Shown here: in pieces, positions 7,625 through 18,030 of the stretch
Position numbering within the stretch: position 1 is the stretch's first letter
Layout: each line of letters begins with the position of its first letter
From: Candidatus Zixiibacteriota bacterium
GTDB lineage: Bacteria; Zixibacteria; MSB-5A5; RBG-16-43-9
Length of the DNA: 64,000 nucleotides
Direction: 5' to 3'
Assembly: GCA_030692925.1 (NCBI GenBank)
Contig: JAUYBY010000028.1
Location: forward strand, 4,351 to 68,350
Notes under the pieces: model-generated
Databases searched by the model: none
What the model saw: only the letters and a program-made list of their open reading frames with translations
What the model was told of the DNA's origin: nothing
Program-made: the position numbers and the translations under genes

Positions 7625-8971
7625 CTATAAAACCTCCCCGATCAAATCATAATCCTTCCACCCGGTAATTTTGACTTCTACAAATTCTCCTATCTTCAGA
7701 TTTTTTCCTTTAGCCAGAATCACCCCATCTATCTCCGGGGCTTCTTTTTGGCTGCGGGCAATATAGTGACCGGGCATTCCTTTGGAACCATCTGCCTTTG
7801 ACTCGATCAGGACTTTGACCTTTTCCCCCACTCTCTTTTTATTCTTCTCAAAAGCAATCCCCTGCTGAAGGGTCATAAGTCTATCCAATCTCTGGTTTTT
7901 TTCCTTGAAAGACAAGTGTTCTTTCAGCTTAAAGGCTTCAGTCCCTTCCTCTCTGGAATACGTGAAAGCCCCTAACCTGTCGAACCTCTGGCTTTCCACA
8001 AAATTTAAAAGCTCGTCAAATTCCTCCTTGCTTTCCCCCGGAAAACCAACAATAAAAGTAGTCCTCAACACCAGAGTTGGAATTCTGGTTCTCAGCATTT
8101 GCAAAAGATTCTCAACTCCTTTACGCTGAATTTTTCTACCCATCAGAAAAAGAAGCTTATCCGAGATATGCTGGAGCGGAAGGTCCAAATATTTACATAC
8201 TTTCTCATTTGTGGCAATCTCCTCAATCAGCTCCTCGGTATAATGAGCCGGATGAGTATAAAGCAGCCTGATCCATTCAATTCCTTCAATTTTAGAAAGC
8301 GAAGAGAGTAGTTCAGGTAATTTTTTTTCTCCATAGATATCCTGCCCATAGAGTGTAGTATCCTGGGCTATCAGATTTATCTCCCTGACACCGTTTCCTG
8401 CCAGAGTCCTTGTCTCTTCTAAGATTTTTTCAATCTTTCTACTTCTATATTTTCCCCTGATCAGAGGAATGGAACAGTAGGCGCAGAAGTTATCGCATCC
8501 ATCTGCAATCTTCAGGTAGGCATAAGGCGAAAACCGGGGTATTTTTAGTTCAGAGGGTTCTTGATACTCCTCAGGCAAAGGCGAAATAAAACAAACCCGG
8601 TTCCCACTGTTGACCTCAGAGCATACCTTACCTATTTTATCTAACTCGTTCAACCCCAAAATGGCATCTATTTCCGGTATAGATTTCCATAACTGGGAAT
8701 TGTACCGCTGAGCCAGACACCCTGTCACCACGATCTTTTTCCCGTTACTTCCATTTTTAAATCTGGAAAGCTCCAAAATCGCATTTACTGACTCTCTTTT
8801 GGCTTCCTCTATGAACCCGCAGGTATTGACTACGAAAATATCTGCTAAATCTTTTTCCTCGGTCAATTCAAATCCAGAAGCGACCAGTTGTGCCCGAATA
8901 GCTTCGGAGTCCAGATCGTTTTTGGGACACCCAAGTTTTACTATATTGACTTTTATTGCCATTTGTTCCAC
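7625..8971 (-). CDS. rimO: ribosomal protein S12 methylthiotransferase RimO
   Basis: MTTase N-domain (VNIVKLGCPKNDLDSE), radical SAM CDNFCAYCSIP, and a C-terminal TRAM domain. Confidence 0.8.
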   Translation of the reverse strand: MEQMAIKVNIVKLGCPKNDLDSEAIRAQLVASGFELTEEKDLADIFVVNTCGFIEEAKRESVNAILELSRFKNGSNGKKIVVTGCLAQRYNSQLWKSIPEIDAILGLNELDKIGKVCSEVNSGNRVCFISPLPEEYQEPSELKIPRFSPYAYLKIADGCDNFCAYCSIPLIRGKYRSRKIEKILEETRTLAGNGVREINLIAQDTTLYGQDIYGEKKLPELLSSLSKIEGIEWIRLLYTHPAHYTEELIEEIATNEKVCKYLDLPLQHISDKLLFLMGRKIQRKGVENLLQMLRTRIPTLVLRTTFIVGFPGESKEEFDELLNFVESQRFDRLGAFTYSREEGTEAFKLKEHLSFKEKNQRLDRLMTLQQGIAFEKNKKRVGEKVKVLIESKADGSKGMPGHYIARSQKEAPEIDGVILAKGKNLKIGEFVEVKITGWKDYDLIGEVL

Positions 8972-8984
8972 GAACTGCCACTAC

Positions 8985-9079
8985 TGTCATTCTGAGGGAA
9001 GTCCGCCTTTGGCGGAATGACCGAAGAATCTCGCTTTTCCGGGAAATCAGATTCTTCGCCCTGCGGGCTCAGAATGACA
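8985..9079. repeat. palindromic repeat tgtcattctgaggga...ctcagaatgaca, copy 2
   Basis: Same termini and internal blocks (gaccgaagaatct, agattcttcgccct) as the 820-905 copy. Confidence 0.65.
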
Positions 9080-9090
9080 TTCAAGAAATC

Positions 9091-9780
9091 CTATTCTTTT
9101 TTACCACCCATCTCGGTCAAGTCCACTAACTCTACCCCAGCCGGAGGATTAAATACAAATTTGGAATCTGCTATCTCCATATTCGGTTTAATCTGCGTGA
9201 AGCTCAGAGTAGTGAAATTATCGTTCACGTCCTGATACTCAATCCTATGGGCTAAAAGAGTTTCCTTTTCAAAGAAAACTGTGATCTTTGTGAAAAACTC
9301 GCCTTCGGTCTTGGATGTATAGACCATCTTATAACAGTTTTTCCCAGCGATTTTCTTTTCCCCCTCAAGATTATAATTATAATTCTTTCTGAAGTTGAAA
9401 AGATAATCATTTGGTCTAAAAAGGTCTTTAGACTTATCTATGCGATTTTTTGTCACCTGTTTATTCCCTTTGGAATAAACCCAGATATACTCCCCGTCCG
9501 AAACCACCACCTGTGAAGGCATTTCTATCCTGAACCTGTTTGGATTTTTCAGATACATCTTCCCTTTGAACTTGCGCAGGGTCGAAAAATCCTCAGATTT
9601 AATCTCCTCCTGAAAACCGATGGAGAGAGTTTTTAAAGAATTATACTTCTCCTCTATCTTTAAAGCTAACTCCTCTGAAGTGAGTCCCTGGCTCTGTTCT
9701 GAATAAAGCCGGATTGGAACGATCAGGAATATAAAAAAAGTAAGACTAAAGATTATTCTCTTCATCCTTCTTTTCCTCAA
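9091..9780 (-). CDS. lolA: outer-membrane lipoprotein carrier protein LolA family
   Basis: Signal peptide. LolA-like block FKGKMYLKNPNRFRIEMPSQVVVSDGEYIWVY. Confidence 0.65.
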   Translation of the reverse strand: MRKRRMKRIIFSLTFFIFLIVPIRLYSEQSQGLTSEELALKIEEKYNSLKTLSIGFQEEIKSEDFSTLRKFKGKMYLKNPNRFRIEMPSQVVVSDGEYIWVYSKGNKQVTKNRIDKSKDLFRPNDYLFNFRKNYNYNLEGEKKIAGKNCYKMVYTSKTEGEFFTKITVFFEKETLLAHRIEYQDVNDNFTTLSFTQIKPNMEIADSKFVFNPPAGVELVDLTEMGGKKE

Positions 9781-12049
9781 TAGGGAAATCCCCCTTTTCC
9801 AAATAGCTCCTATCCACTAAAACCTCTCTGGCCTTGCTTCCGTCATAAGGTCCTACAATCCCATCTCTCTCCATCTGGTCTATCAAACGGGCTGCTCTTT
9901 GATACCCGACTCCTAATCTTCTCTGTAGTAAAGAGACCGAACCCTGGCGATGGCGTATGACTATCTCAACTGCCTGCTTGTAAAGGTCATCCTCCTCTTT
10001 TTCATCCCATCCTTCTGTTAGCTCCAGCTTATCATCCTCCCGTGTGAAGACTCCGATTGGTGTCGGTACGTAATCCTGGGATTTGATAAAATCCACCATC
10101 TTCTGAGTCTCCTCGCTGTTGATATAAGCTCCATGAATTCTCTGGGGCTCGGGATGGCCAGTCTGGATGAAAAGCATATCCCCGCTTCCTAAAAGCTTTT
10201 CTGCGCCTGAACCATCGATTATCGTCCGGGAGTCTATCCTGGAAGCTACCTGGAAAGCTATTCTTGAAGAAAAATTAGCTTTGATCAAACCGGTGATTAC
10301 ATCCACTGAAGGCCTCTGGGTAGCTAAGATCAGATGAATTCCCACTGCCCTTGCCATCTGTGCCAGACGGGTGATCAAAGCCTCGGTTTTCAAAGAGCTG
10401 GACATCATCAGGTCAGCCAGTTCATCCACGATTATAACTAAATACGGAAGCAACCCCTCTTTTTTCTTCTTTTTATTGTAATCCTCGATGTTCCTTACTC
10501 CTATCCGGGCTAACTTCTTATATCTTTCCTCCATCTCCACTACCGCTTCAGACAGCACTCTCTCCGCAGCTTTCGGATGAGTAACCACAGGCCTTTCTAA
10601 ATGAGGGATCTGGTTGTAAACGGTCAATTCCAGCATCTTGGGATCGATCATTATGAACCTTATCTCCTCCGGATGTAGACGGTAAAGCAGGCTGGCTAAA
10701 ATCACGTTTATGCAGACGCTTTTTCCTGACCCGGTAGCACCTGCGATCAGAAGATGGGGCATCCGGGAAAGGTCAGTCACTATAGGTTCTCCAGATATGG
10801 TTTTGCCCAGGGCTATGGCTAAACGATAATTCGTATTCTGAAAAGAAGGAGATACTAAAATCTCTTTAAGATATACCGTCTGCGGACTTTTATTCGGTAT
10901 CTCCACGCCCACAGCCGCTTTTCCGGGTATCGGGGCTACTATCCTTATCCTCTTGGCTTGGAGAGCTAAGGCTAAGTCATCTGACAGGCTCATTATCTGA
11001 TTTACCTTAACTCCTGGCGCGGGTTTGAACTCATACCGGGTGATGACTGGACCGGGACTTTTATCAATTAAATCTCCCTCTATCCCTATGCCAAAAGTTT
11101 CCAGGGTCTCTCTTAACACTTTAGCTGTTTGATTCAGCTCCTCGTTTGTGACCGAAGGCTTTATCTGGGGAGGCTCATTTAGAATCGAAAGGCTCGGATA
11201 TTGATAAGCTCCAATCTTGCTCTCTTCTTTACCCCGGACTAACCTTAAGGAGCTTTTCAATTCGCCGACTAAGTTTACCTGCTCCTCCCTTTCCTCTTCC
11301 GAATCTATTCTTTCGTGCCTGACATCTTTTATCTGTGGAATTTCTGCGACTATATGCTCATCTTTTTTGTCCTTCTCCAAAGTATCCCTGATCTCCTCTA
11401 CCCTTTGAGTCCTTCTTTTCTCCATCCTTTTTAATTCCCACCATTTGCTTCCCCGATCGTAAAATCTCTGGAAGATCGACTTACCGAAAAGTAAAGATTC
11501 AGAGAACTTCCAGGGTGTAGCCAGTAAAGCCACCACGATTAAAAAAGCTAAACTCAAAGTATAGGAACCAAAAGTCCCGAAGATCTTGACCAGGATTTTA
11601 GCAAAAAGAAGAGAAAACCATCCACCTATGGTCACTTTAGAAAAATCTACCCCGACACTGGCATTAGCCCAGGAGATGGAGAAAAAAATTCCCAGGAGGA
11701 AAATAAAGGCAAAGATATAGACGGTCTTTTTGAAAAGCGTGGAAAACTCTGTTTTGAAAAGAAAATTAGTTCCCCAGAAAACTAAAATTATCGGCAGGAA
11801 AAAAGAAGAGAGACCTAAAAGATAATACAGGGCATAAGAGACCAGAGCTCCCATAATGCCAGCTTGATTTTTTACAGGATGAGTGAAAAGCTTACCCAAA
11901 CTGTTCCAGGATAGCTGATTCAGGAACTTTGTGTCTCCGGCATAGCTGTAAGTGATAAGGCTGAGTAAGACAAATAAAGCCAAAGCCCAGAGCAAAACCC
12001 CGAAGATCTCATTTTTCCTGTCAGCCGAGATATTTTTGAAAAGCTTCAT
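9746..12049 (-). CDS. ftsK: DNA translocase FtsK/SpoIIIE
   Basis: N-terminal TM segments, Walker A GATGSGKSVCIN, DEL Walker B, and a C-terminal gamma winged helix. Confidence 0.9.
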   Translation of the reverse strand: MKLFKNISADRKNEIFGVLLWALALFVLLSLITYSYAGDTKFLNQLSWNSLGKLFTHPVKNQAGIMGALVSYALYYLLGLSSFFLPIILVFWGTNFLFKTEFSTLFKKTVYIFAFIFLLGIFFSISWANASVGVDFSKVTIGGWFSLLFAKILVKIFGTFGSYTLSLAFLIVVALLATPWKFSESLLFGKSIFQRFYDRGSKWWELKRMEKRRTQRVEEIRDTLEKDKKDEHIVAEIPQIKDVRHERIDSEEEREEQVNLVGELKSSLRLVRGKEESKIGAYQYPSLSILNEPPQIKPSVTNEELNQTAKVLRETLETFGIGIEGDLIDKSPGPVITRYEFKPAPGVKVNQIMSLSDDLALALQAKRIRIVAPIPGKAAVGVEIPNKSPQTVYLKEILVSPSFQNTNYRLAIALGKTISGEPIVTDLSRMPHLLIAGATGSGKSVCINVILASLLYRLHPEEIRFIMIDPKMLELTVYNQIPHLERPVVTHPKAAERVLSEAVVEMEERYKKLARIGVRNIEDYNKKKKKEGLLPYLVIIVDELADLMMSSSLKTEALITRLAQMARAVGIHLILATQRPSVDVITGLIKANFSSRIAFQVASRIDSRTIIDGSGAEKLLGSGDMLFIQTGHPEPQRIHGAYINSEETQKMVDFIKSQDYVPTPIGVFTREDDKLELTEGWDEKEEDDLYKQAVEIVIRHRQGSVSLLQRRLGVGYQRAARLIDQMERDGIVGPYDGSKAREVLVDRSYLEKGDFPIEEKKDEENNL

Positions 12050-12214
12050 ATTATCAACTCATCTGGTAATTGAAAACTAAAGCACTTATTTTTGTAATAT
12101 CTTATCATCAAATCAATGAAATGTCAATTGTTTTTTAATAGAAAACCGTCTTTGAACCATCTGGTCACTTTCAAGGACGAGGTGTAAGTAATGTGAATGC
12201 TCAAGTTTATTAAA

Positions 12215-12250
12215 TAAAAAGCCCTCAATTTTTCAAAGAGGGCTTTTTCA
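12215..12250 (-). terminator. rho-independent (bidirectional-type) terminator after the SBBP gene
   Basis: aaaaagccctc-loop-gagggcttttt, with A and T runs on both sides. Confidence 0.6.
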
Positions 12251-12265
12251 GGGGACAGAGTGACT

Positions 12266-13753
12266 TTAGCAAGGAGGTGGAGATCCACCTTTTAATAGAT
12301 AATTTATAAGATAAACCACATCAGAAATGGATACTTTCCCGTCACAGTTGGCATCTCCTGATCCTGAAGGATTCGAAGCAGGTCCATACCTAAAAAGATA
12401 ATTGATTAGGTAAACTATATCTGAAACGTCCCGTTGTTTATCACCATTCGTATCTCCGCGCATAAAAAAATTAATATATTTAATAGTAGCATAGTCACCC
12501 AACCCTATTATACCATAACTGCAACCAGTTACATAGACATTACCATAATTATCTGTTGTAATGGAATAAGATTTGTCATCCAAGTTTCCAGGCCCGTTGT
12601 ATCTCCTCACTCCAATTTCATTTCCATACGAGTCATACTTTATTGTGGCATAGTCATAGTTGGCGTTTGGCCAAATCCAATTTTGGGAACTATATCCAGT
12701 CACATAAACATTACCAGAATCATCTGCTGCCATAGCTAAAGCCACATCCCAGTAATTTCCCGGTCCATTATATCTTCTTACCCATGCAGTATCTCCATTA
12801 GTATAATACTTTACAGTAGCGTAGTCGTGCGATGTATGGTCACCCCAACTATAGCCAGTCACATAGATATTATTGAAACCGTCTATGGCTATAGCAGTAG
12901 CATAATCATAATAATAAGGATTCCCCGTACCGTTATATCTTCTTACCCAGGCAGTATCACCATTCGGATAATACTTTATAGTAATATAGTCATCCTGACC
13001 TCCGGTCACACACACATTGTCAGAACCGTCGAGAGCTAGAGCAACACCACCCCAGGACCTGACCCATAACTCTTCTCCTTCTGCATTGTATTTTATCGTC
13101 CCAGTTGTCCCACTCACATAAACATTGTTAGAGTCATCAACGGCTATTGCGAACGCATCGTCTTCGGAGTAGTCTGGACCGTTGTATCTGCGCAACCAAG
13201 CAGTATCTCCATTGGAATGATACTTTATAGTAGCATAGTCATAGCCTGTGGTATCGCCCATACTGGCTCCTGTAACATAAGCGTTACCATAACCATCCAC
13301 GGTAATAGCAAGAGCTTTATCCTGTAAGTTCCCCGGTCCATTATATTTTCTGACCCAGGCTGTGTCTCCATTAGGATAATACTTTATGGTAAGGTAATCC
13401 CAGTATGTCGCATTGCCCCAACTCACTCCAGTCACGAAGACGTTACCATATCCATCTATAGCAATAGCATAAGCTTCCTCCCAGTCACATGATGGTCCAT
13501 TGTATCTTCTCACCCAAGCAGTATCTCCATTAGGATAATACTTTATCGTAACACAATCATAGTTTGTTCCGATGCCGTAACTTCTCCCAGTCGTATAAAC
13601 ATTACCAGAATCATCTACGACTATTGCATTAGCTGCATCATAGTCATTCGCTTGCCCATTAAATCTTCTCACCCAAGCAGTATCCAAAGACTGAGTAAAA
13701 GCAGGCAACGTCAAAAATAAAATCAAGAAAAACATCAAGAGGATTCTAACCAA
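12266..13753 (-). CDS. secreted SBBP beta-propeller repeat protein with a C-terminal dockerin type I-like double repeat
   Basis: About 9 repeats of YDYATIKYYPNGDTAWVRRYNGPGN...VTG. The C-terminus reads GDTNGDKQRDVSDIVYLINYLF..GDANCDGKVSISDVVYLINYLL. Confidence 0.7.
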   Translation of the reverse strand: MVRILLMFFLILFLTLPAFTQSLDTAWVRRFNGQANDYDAANAIVVDDSGNVYTTGRSYGIGTNYDCVTIKYYPNGDTAWVRRYNGPSCDWEEAYAIAIDGYGNVFVTGVSWGNATYWDYLTIKYYPNGDTAWVRKYNGPGNLQDKALAITVDGYGNAYVTGASMGDTTGYDYATIKYHSNGDTAWLRRYNGPDYSEDDAFAIAVDDSNNVYVSGTTGTIKYNAEGEELWVRSWGGVALALDGSDNVCVTGGQDDYITIKYYPNGDTAWVRRYNGTGNPYYYDYATAIAIDGFNNIYVTGYSWGDHTSHDYATVKYYTNGDTAWVRRYNGPGNYWDVALAMAADDSGNVYVTGYSSQNWIWPNANYDYATIKYDSYGNEIGVRRYNGPGNLDDKSYSITTDNYGNVYVTGCSYGIIGLGDYATIKYINFFMRGDTNGDKQRDVSDIVYLINYLFRYGPASNPSGSGDANCDGKVSISDVVYLINYLLKGGSPPPC

Positions 13754-13800
13754 TGGTTTTCCATTCTTTAAAAATATTAAAACTATTCTTTGTCACACTT

Positions 13801-13828
13801 AATCTAAAAGATTTCTAAATTTTGTCAA
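13801..13828 (-). promoter_or_regulatory. sigma-70-like promoter (TTGACA-N16-TAGATT) for the SBBP gene
   Basis: Read on the minus strand: cTTGACAaaatttagaaatcttttAGATTa, 45 nt upstream of the start. Confidence 0.3.
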
Positions 13829-13959
13829 GCAAAAAAGGGAAACCATTCTAAAGTGTTGCAACTAGATTCTTTAGGTTCGGCTTGCTATCGTAACGTGTGC
13901 CAACGTAGACTCACCATCCGTAATCTATCTATATTTTCAACAATATCTCTAAAAAAATA

Positions 13960-13995
13960 AAAAAGGCAGTCCCCGTGTAGGAACTGCCTTTTTCT
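13960..13995 (-). terminator. rho-independent terminator after hup
   Basis: aggcagt..actgcct hairpin flanked by A and T runs. Confidence 0.5.
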
Positions 13996-14013
13996 AATCA
14001 TAAACTTTTCTTT

Positions 14014-14289
14014 CTACCTCACAGCATCTTTCAACGACTTCCCGGCTTTGAAACGCGGCACTCTTTTGGCGGCTATCTTTATAGGCTCACCGGTTTGAGG
14101 ATTCCTTCCAGTTCGGGCTTTCCGCTTTCCAACCGAGAACGTGCCAAAACCTACAAAACTAACTTTCTTTCCCTTCTTCAGGGCGCTGGTCACCCCATCA
14201 AAAAAGGCGTTCAGGGCTTTGTGGGCCTGGGTCTTGGTTACATTGGCTTCCTTGGCAATCTTGGAAACCAGTTCCTCTTTCGTCATCAA
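14014..14289 (-). CDS. hup: DNA-binding protein HU/IHF family
   Basis: 90 aa. GFGTFSV...RNPQTGEPIKI arm motif. Confidence 0.85.
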   Translation of the reverse strand: MMTKEELVSKIAKEANVTKTQAHKALNAFFDGVTSALKKGKKVSFVGFGTFSVGKRKARTGRNPQTGEPIKIAAKRVPRFKAGKSLKDAVR

Positions 14290-14438
14290 CTCACCCCCTT
14301 AATCTGGGCTAAGGGTTAAGGTTTTTTAGTTTACGCTCCAAAAAATATAGTATCTATGCGGGTTTGTCAAGGATTATTTTCATTTTTCTAAAATTTTTTT
14401 ATACATACACCCGACTCAGGGCTGATAAAATAAGGCTT

Positions 14439-17400
14439 TTAATACCCCAGCTCCCTGATACCCACCATCCCTTTCTCCAGCTTGACTTCGGGCAAGGCTT
14501 TTATATTTATCCTGAAATAGTAGCCCTGCCTCACTCCATTGGCTATCCAGGTAAAATTACCTTCCCAGCAGTGGAGGTCCCGATAGAACACGAAGCTCTG
14601 CTCGACGATTTTCTTCCGGGTAAAATCATAATGGGTAAGATAGTTCACATGCCATTTTTCGGTCAGCGAGAAATCCAGGGAAAGACTCATCCAGTGGTTT
14701 TTAATAGTTCCAGGTGAGTATCTTGTCTCAGAATACCTGTGGCTTAAAGAGAAACTATAACTCTTTCCACTCTTACCTTGTTCTTCCCCACCCTGTCCCG
14801 AAGCTCCCCAGACGCCTCTGTGAGACAAACTGGTGCTCAGACTCAAATTGAGCAACCGGGGATGTAAAAGGTCAAGCCCTTTGGTTTCGAGTTTATAAGG
14901 GTCATGGGTAAATGTTAGACCTATGTCTATTCCGGGAATGGCATTTGACCTCAAGCCGGAGGAAAGATTAGAGAGCTTGTGCTCTTTGGCTAAGAAGTTG
15001 TAACCTGTGCTCAGGGTGTAATTGAAAAGCTCAAACTTGCTCTCTTTTCCTTCTTTCTGGGTTTTCATCTGCAGAAGATGGGTAAAACTGAAGTTAAGCA
15101 GCTGGGCTTTTCCTCCTCCGCTCCCCACTCCTGTATAGTAGACAAAGGGAAGATGCCTTGTTATCTCTGGAACAAAGACTAAATTCAGACTGGGTGTCAT
15201 AACCTGCCTGATCCCGGTTATCCTGCCCAGCTTTGGACGGAAAGTCCCAAAGATCGTGGTCCTGGCATTTAAACCTACGGAATATGTTCCCCTGCGGGCT
15301 GGTGAAGAATTTTTCAGTGTCTGGCTCAGACTGGTATCGGTCGAGAAAACATAATACCAGGTCTCTCGATAATCTAAATTAGGTGACAGGATAAGCCAGC
15401 TGAAAAGGGTCTGGGGAAAAGTCAAATGAAAGGAATTATCCAGACTGACAAATTGCTTCCGGGCAAAATTGTCACTTACCCTGATTTTGCTATAATAGTT
15501 CTGAAAAGAAGAGGCAAATGAGAGATACAGGTTTTGGTACCATCTTTTGGGCTGGTCAGGCTTAGACCTGTCCTTTGGATCCAAATTCGGAAAAGGTGAA
15601 AAAGCGGGCTGGGTCAGACTGACCGAAGGAAGATTCATTGTTTTTGAATCTGTATCTAAGTTCTCCGTTCGTAATGCCACCAAGGATATAGCCGCACCAC
15701 GATATCTGGTAGCTAAATTTGCCTGGGAGGTAATGATACGGTTCCTTCTTTCTGCCGGATCGAAACTGTAAAGCTGATAATATGAACTATTGCTTACGAA
15801 CCTTCCATTCGCAGAGAGCCTGGTCAGAGGGGAGAGCGTCTGCGAATGGCTCACGACCAGGTCCCAATAGTCAGTGGTGCTTTTGTAAAAAGCTGTTTCC
15901 AGAACATCCCTTTTGAAGGAACTGGAAATGCTCCCGTTATAAAAATATCTTTTAGCATATCTGAAATTCTCGCGTACGAGCCAGCCGGTATTTTCAAAAA
16001 AATCGAAGCTGGTCTCCAGGTCCCAGTAGTCCGAAGGTGCCCAGTAATAACCCAGGTTACGGATGAAGTATTCCCCTGACACAAAATTGCCCACCTCGAA
16101 AGTCAGAAATCCTGAATGCCTGCCTGGTTTAATGGGAAAGATATAAAACGGTATTGCCGCAACCGGAATCTTTTCGATATACATGACCACGGGCCTGGCA
16201 ATCACCTTGTCTTTAGCAATTATCTTCATCTTCCGGGAATAGAAGTAATAATGTGGAGTATCTAAATCACAGGTGGTATACCTGCCACCTGAAGCTAAGA
16301 AAACGTCTTCTTTTATCCTCCCCAATTCGTTTCCATGATAATATCCACCTTGAAATTCAGTCTGGCCTGCTTTAACTTTCCCTTTACGGGTTTGAAGATA
16401 GTAGCTCATCTCCTCCCCTTTTATCTCCTCTTTTCCATCCATTAAAACCGGGAGCTGGGTAAGTTTTTGTTTCCCCTCCTCTTCTTTATAAATCCCTTCT
16501 GCTTTCAGATACTCTTTTTCGGTCTGGTAGGTAACTTTGCCGGCTTTCAAAGAGATCTGCCGGTATCTTACGTTGCAGTTGTCCTCCAAATCAATCAGGT
16601 TCTGATCGGTCAGATAATCTATCTTCTCAGCCGAGTAGTTCACCGTGTCTATAGAATGCAGAGAATCTCTGGTCTCGGCTGGAGAATAATATGAGCCGAT
16701 AGCCCCTCCTATGATTACTATCCGCTTTAGCTTGGAGCCATCAAAATAAAGCTCTAAACTGTCCCCTGAGGCTTCGTTTTTAATCTGGGAAAGAGTGTCT
16801 TTAGCCGAGGGGTAATACAAAGAGGTAGCATTGTTCAAAACCTTCACCAGTTTGAGCTTTTCGTCATCCCCTAAGAAAAAGTAAAGTGCCTTCCCGGCTA
16901 AGTAACTCTCGTTATATTTCTGAGATAAAGAATCAACCTGCTCCCGATGAGAAGCTTTTGCCTCACCCGAAACCTTTATCTGATAAACCTTATTCTCTCT
17001 GTACAATATCTCGATCTTCTCACCGGAAAGTTCCGAATCGGTTTTCTTTGCAGATGGATTCTGAGTTAAAACTATCCTCTCCTCCTTGCCAAAAAGCTCA
17101 GCTTTTCCGCAGGTGGCTTCCATATCCCCCTTTAAGATGTGAACATCCCTTATGGCTGTCCCTTTTTTCTGTTCGACGAAATATTCTAAAGTATCCGCTT
17201 TGACAGTCAGCGAGCCATCTTTCACCTGGGGATTATATATCAGGGAAGGGGATTGAGTGAAGATAAGATATTTTTTGTTACGGTCGTATTCTCCATGCCC
17301 TCCTAAAACAATTGCCTTCTCCTTTTTGCTTTCCAGTTCCACGTTTTCATCTGCCACTATCTTCCTGGTTCTTTGGTAATAAGTAACCCTTTCGGCTTTT

Positions 17401-17681
17401 ATGAACTGATCCGGGTCTTCGATTCTTACATTTCCTATGAAGACCAAAAGCCCGGCAGAACGGTACCAGACCGCCCGGTCAGAATAAAGGTCCGCCTGCC
17501 CGTGTCTTAAATGGACGTTCCCGTTCAAGTTCAGGATTACGTTTTCTTTTTCCATCCTCAATTCAGACAGGTCCGCATTCAGAAGCTCTATAGGCTCCTC
17601 AGGTTTTTGCTGAGGTTTAGCCCAGAGGAGATTCCCTGACAGAAGAAAGAGAATGGCTATAAGAGAATAGATTTTACTCAT
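14439..17681 (-). CDS. lptD: LPS-assembly protein LptD (OstA) homolog, unusually long (1080 aa)
   Basis: Signal peptide, two OstA-like N-terminal repeats (NVHLRHGQADLYSDRAVW... / ...ATCGKAELFGKEERIVL), and a large C-terminal beta-rich region with aromatic alternation. Confidence 0.55.
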   Translation of the reverse strand: MSKIYSLIAILFLLSGNLLWAKPQQKPEEPIELLNADLSELRMEKENVILNLNGNVHLRHGQADLYSDRAVWYRSAGLLVFIGNVRIEDPDQFIKAERVTYYQRTRKIVADENVELESKKEKAIVLGGHGEYDRNKKYLIFTQSPSLIYNPQVKDGSLTVKADTLEYFVEQKKGTAIRDVHILKGDMEATCGKAELFGKEERIVLTQNPSAKKTDSELSGEKIEILYRENKVYQIKVSGEAKASHREQVDSLSQKYNESYLAGKALYFFLGDDEKLKLVKVLNNATSLYYPSAKDTLSQIKNEASGDSLELYFDGSKLKRIVIIGGAIGSYYSPAETRDSLHSIDTVNYSAEKIDYLTDQNLIDLEDNCNVRYRQISLKAGKVTYQTEKEYLKAEGIYKEEEGKQKLTQLPVLMDGKEEIKGEEMSYYLQTRKGKVKAGQTEFQGGYYHGNELGRIKEDVFLASGGRYTTCDLDTPHYYFYSRKMKIIAKDKVIARPVVMYIEKIPVAAIPFYIFPIKPGRHSGFLTFEVGNFVSGEYFIRNLGYYWAPSDYWDLETSFDFFENTGWLVRENFRYAKRYFYNGSISSSFKRDVLETAFYKSTTDYWDLVVSHSQTLSPLTRLSANGRFVSNSSYYQLYSFDPAERRNRIITSQANLATRYRGAAISLVALRTENLDTDSKTMNLPSVSLTQPAFSPFPNLDPKDRSKPDQPKRWYQNLYLSFASSFQNYYSKIRVSDNFARKQFVSLDNSFHLTFPQTLFSWLILSPNLDYRETWYYVFSTDTSLSQTLKNSSPARRGTYSVGLNARTTIFGTFRPKLGRITGIRQVMTPSLNLVFVPEITRHLPFVYYTGVGSGGGKAQLLNFSFTHLLQMKTQKEGKESKFELFNYTLSTGYNFLAKEHKLSNLSSGLRSNAIPGIDIGLTFTHDPYKLETKGLDLLHPRLLNLSLSTSLSHRGVWGASGQGGEEQGKSGKSYSFSLSHRYSETRYSPGTIKNHWMSLSLDFSLTEKWHVNYLTHYDFTRKKIVEQSFVFYRDLHCWEGNFTWIANGVRQGYYFRINIKALPEVKLEKGMVGIRELGY

Positions 17682-18030
17682 CTTTTTACATTATGAACAT
17701 AGCCAGATCCATATTTAGAATCGGCATTTGAAAACATATTGAAAAATGAGATAAAAATCAAGAGGTTTAGCAGAGGATTTTTTTATAGTAGGGGCAGACC
17801 TGCGTGTCTGCCTGGTGACTGAAGCTGTGGAGCGAATTCTGGTAGGTCAGACATTCTTGTCTGACACGAGTGAGAAGATAAGGGTTTATGTGTACGGCTC
17901 TCAGGAGAACGCAATGACTACCTACTCCCTTTGGACGTTGACATCCGCAGGCAAAATAGGCGGATGATAACGTTCGCCTTTGAGCTAATGCACAGGCATC
18001 GTCACAGACGATGTACTCCACAACCTGCTT

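Noticed and set aside
14364-14717. 117-aa plus-strand ORF
   Set aside because: It is antisense to the lptD 3' end and has no supporting features.
17767-18021. 84-aa minus-strand ORF between lptD and the DUF302 gene
   Set aside because: It lies entirely in a hairpin-rich repeat region, is Cys/Arg-rich and low-complexity, and has no coding periodicity.
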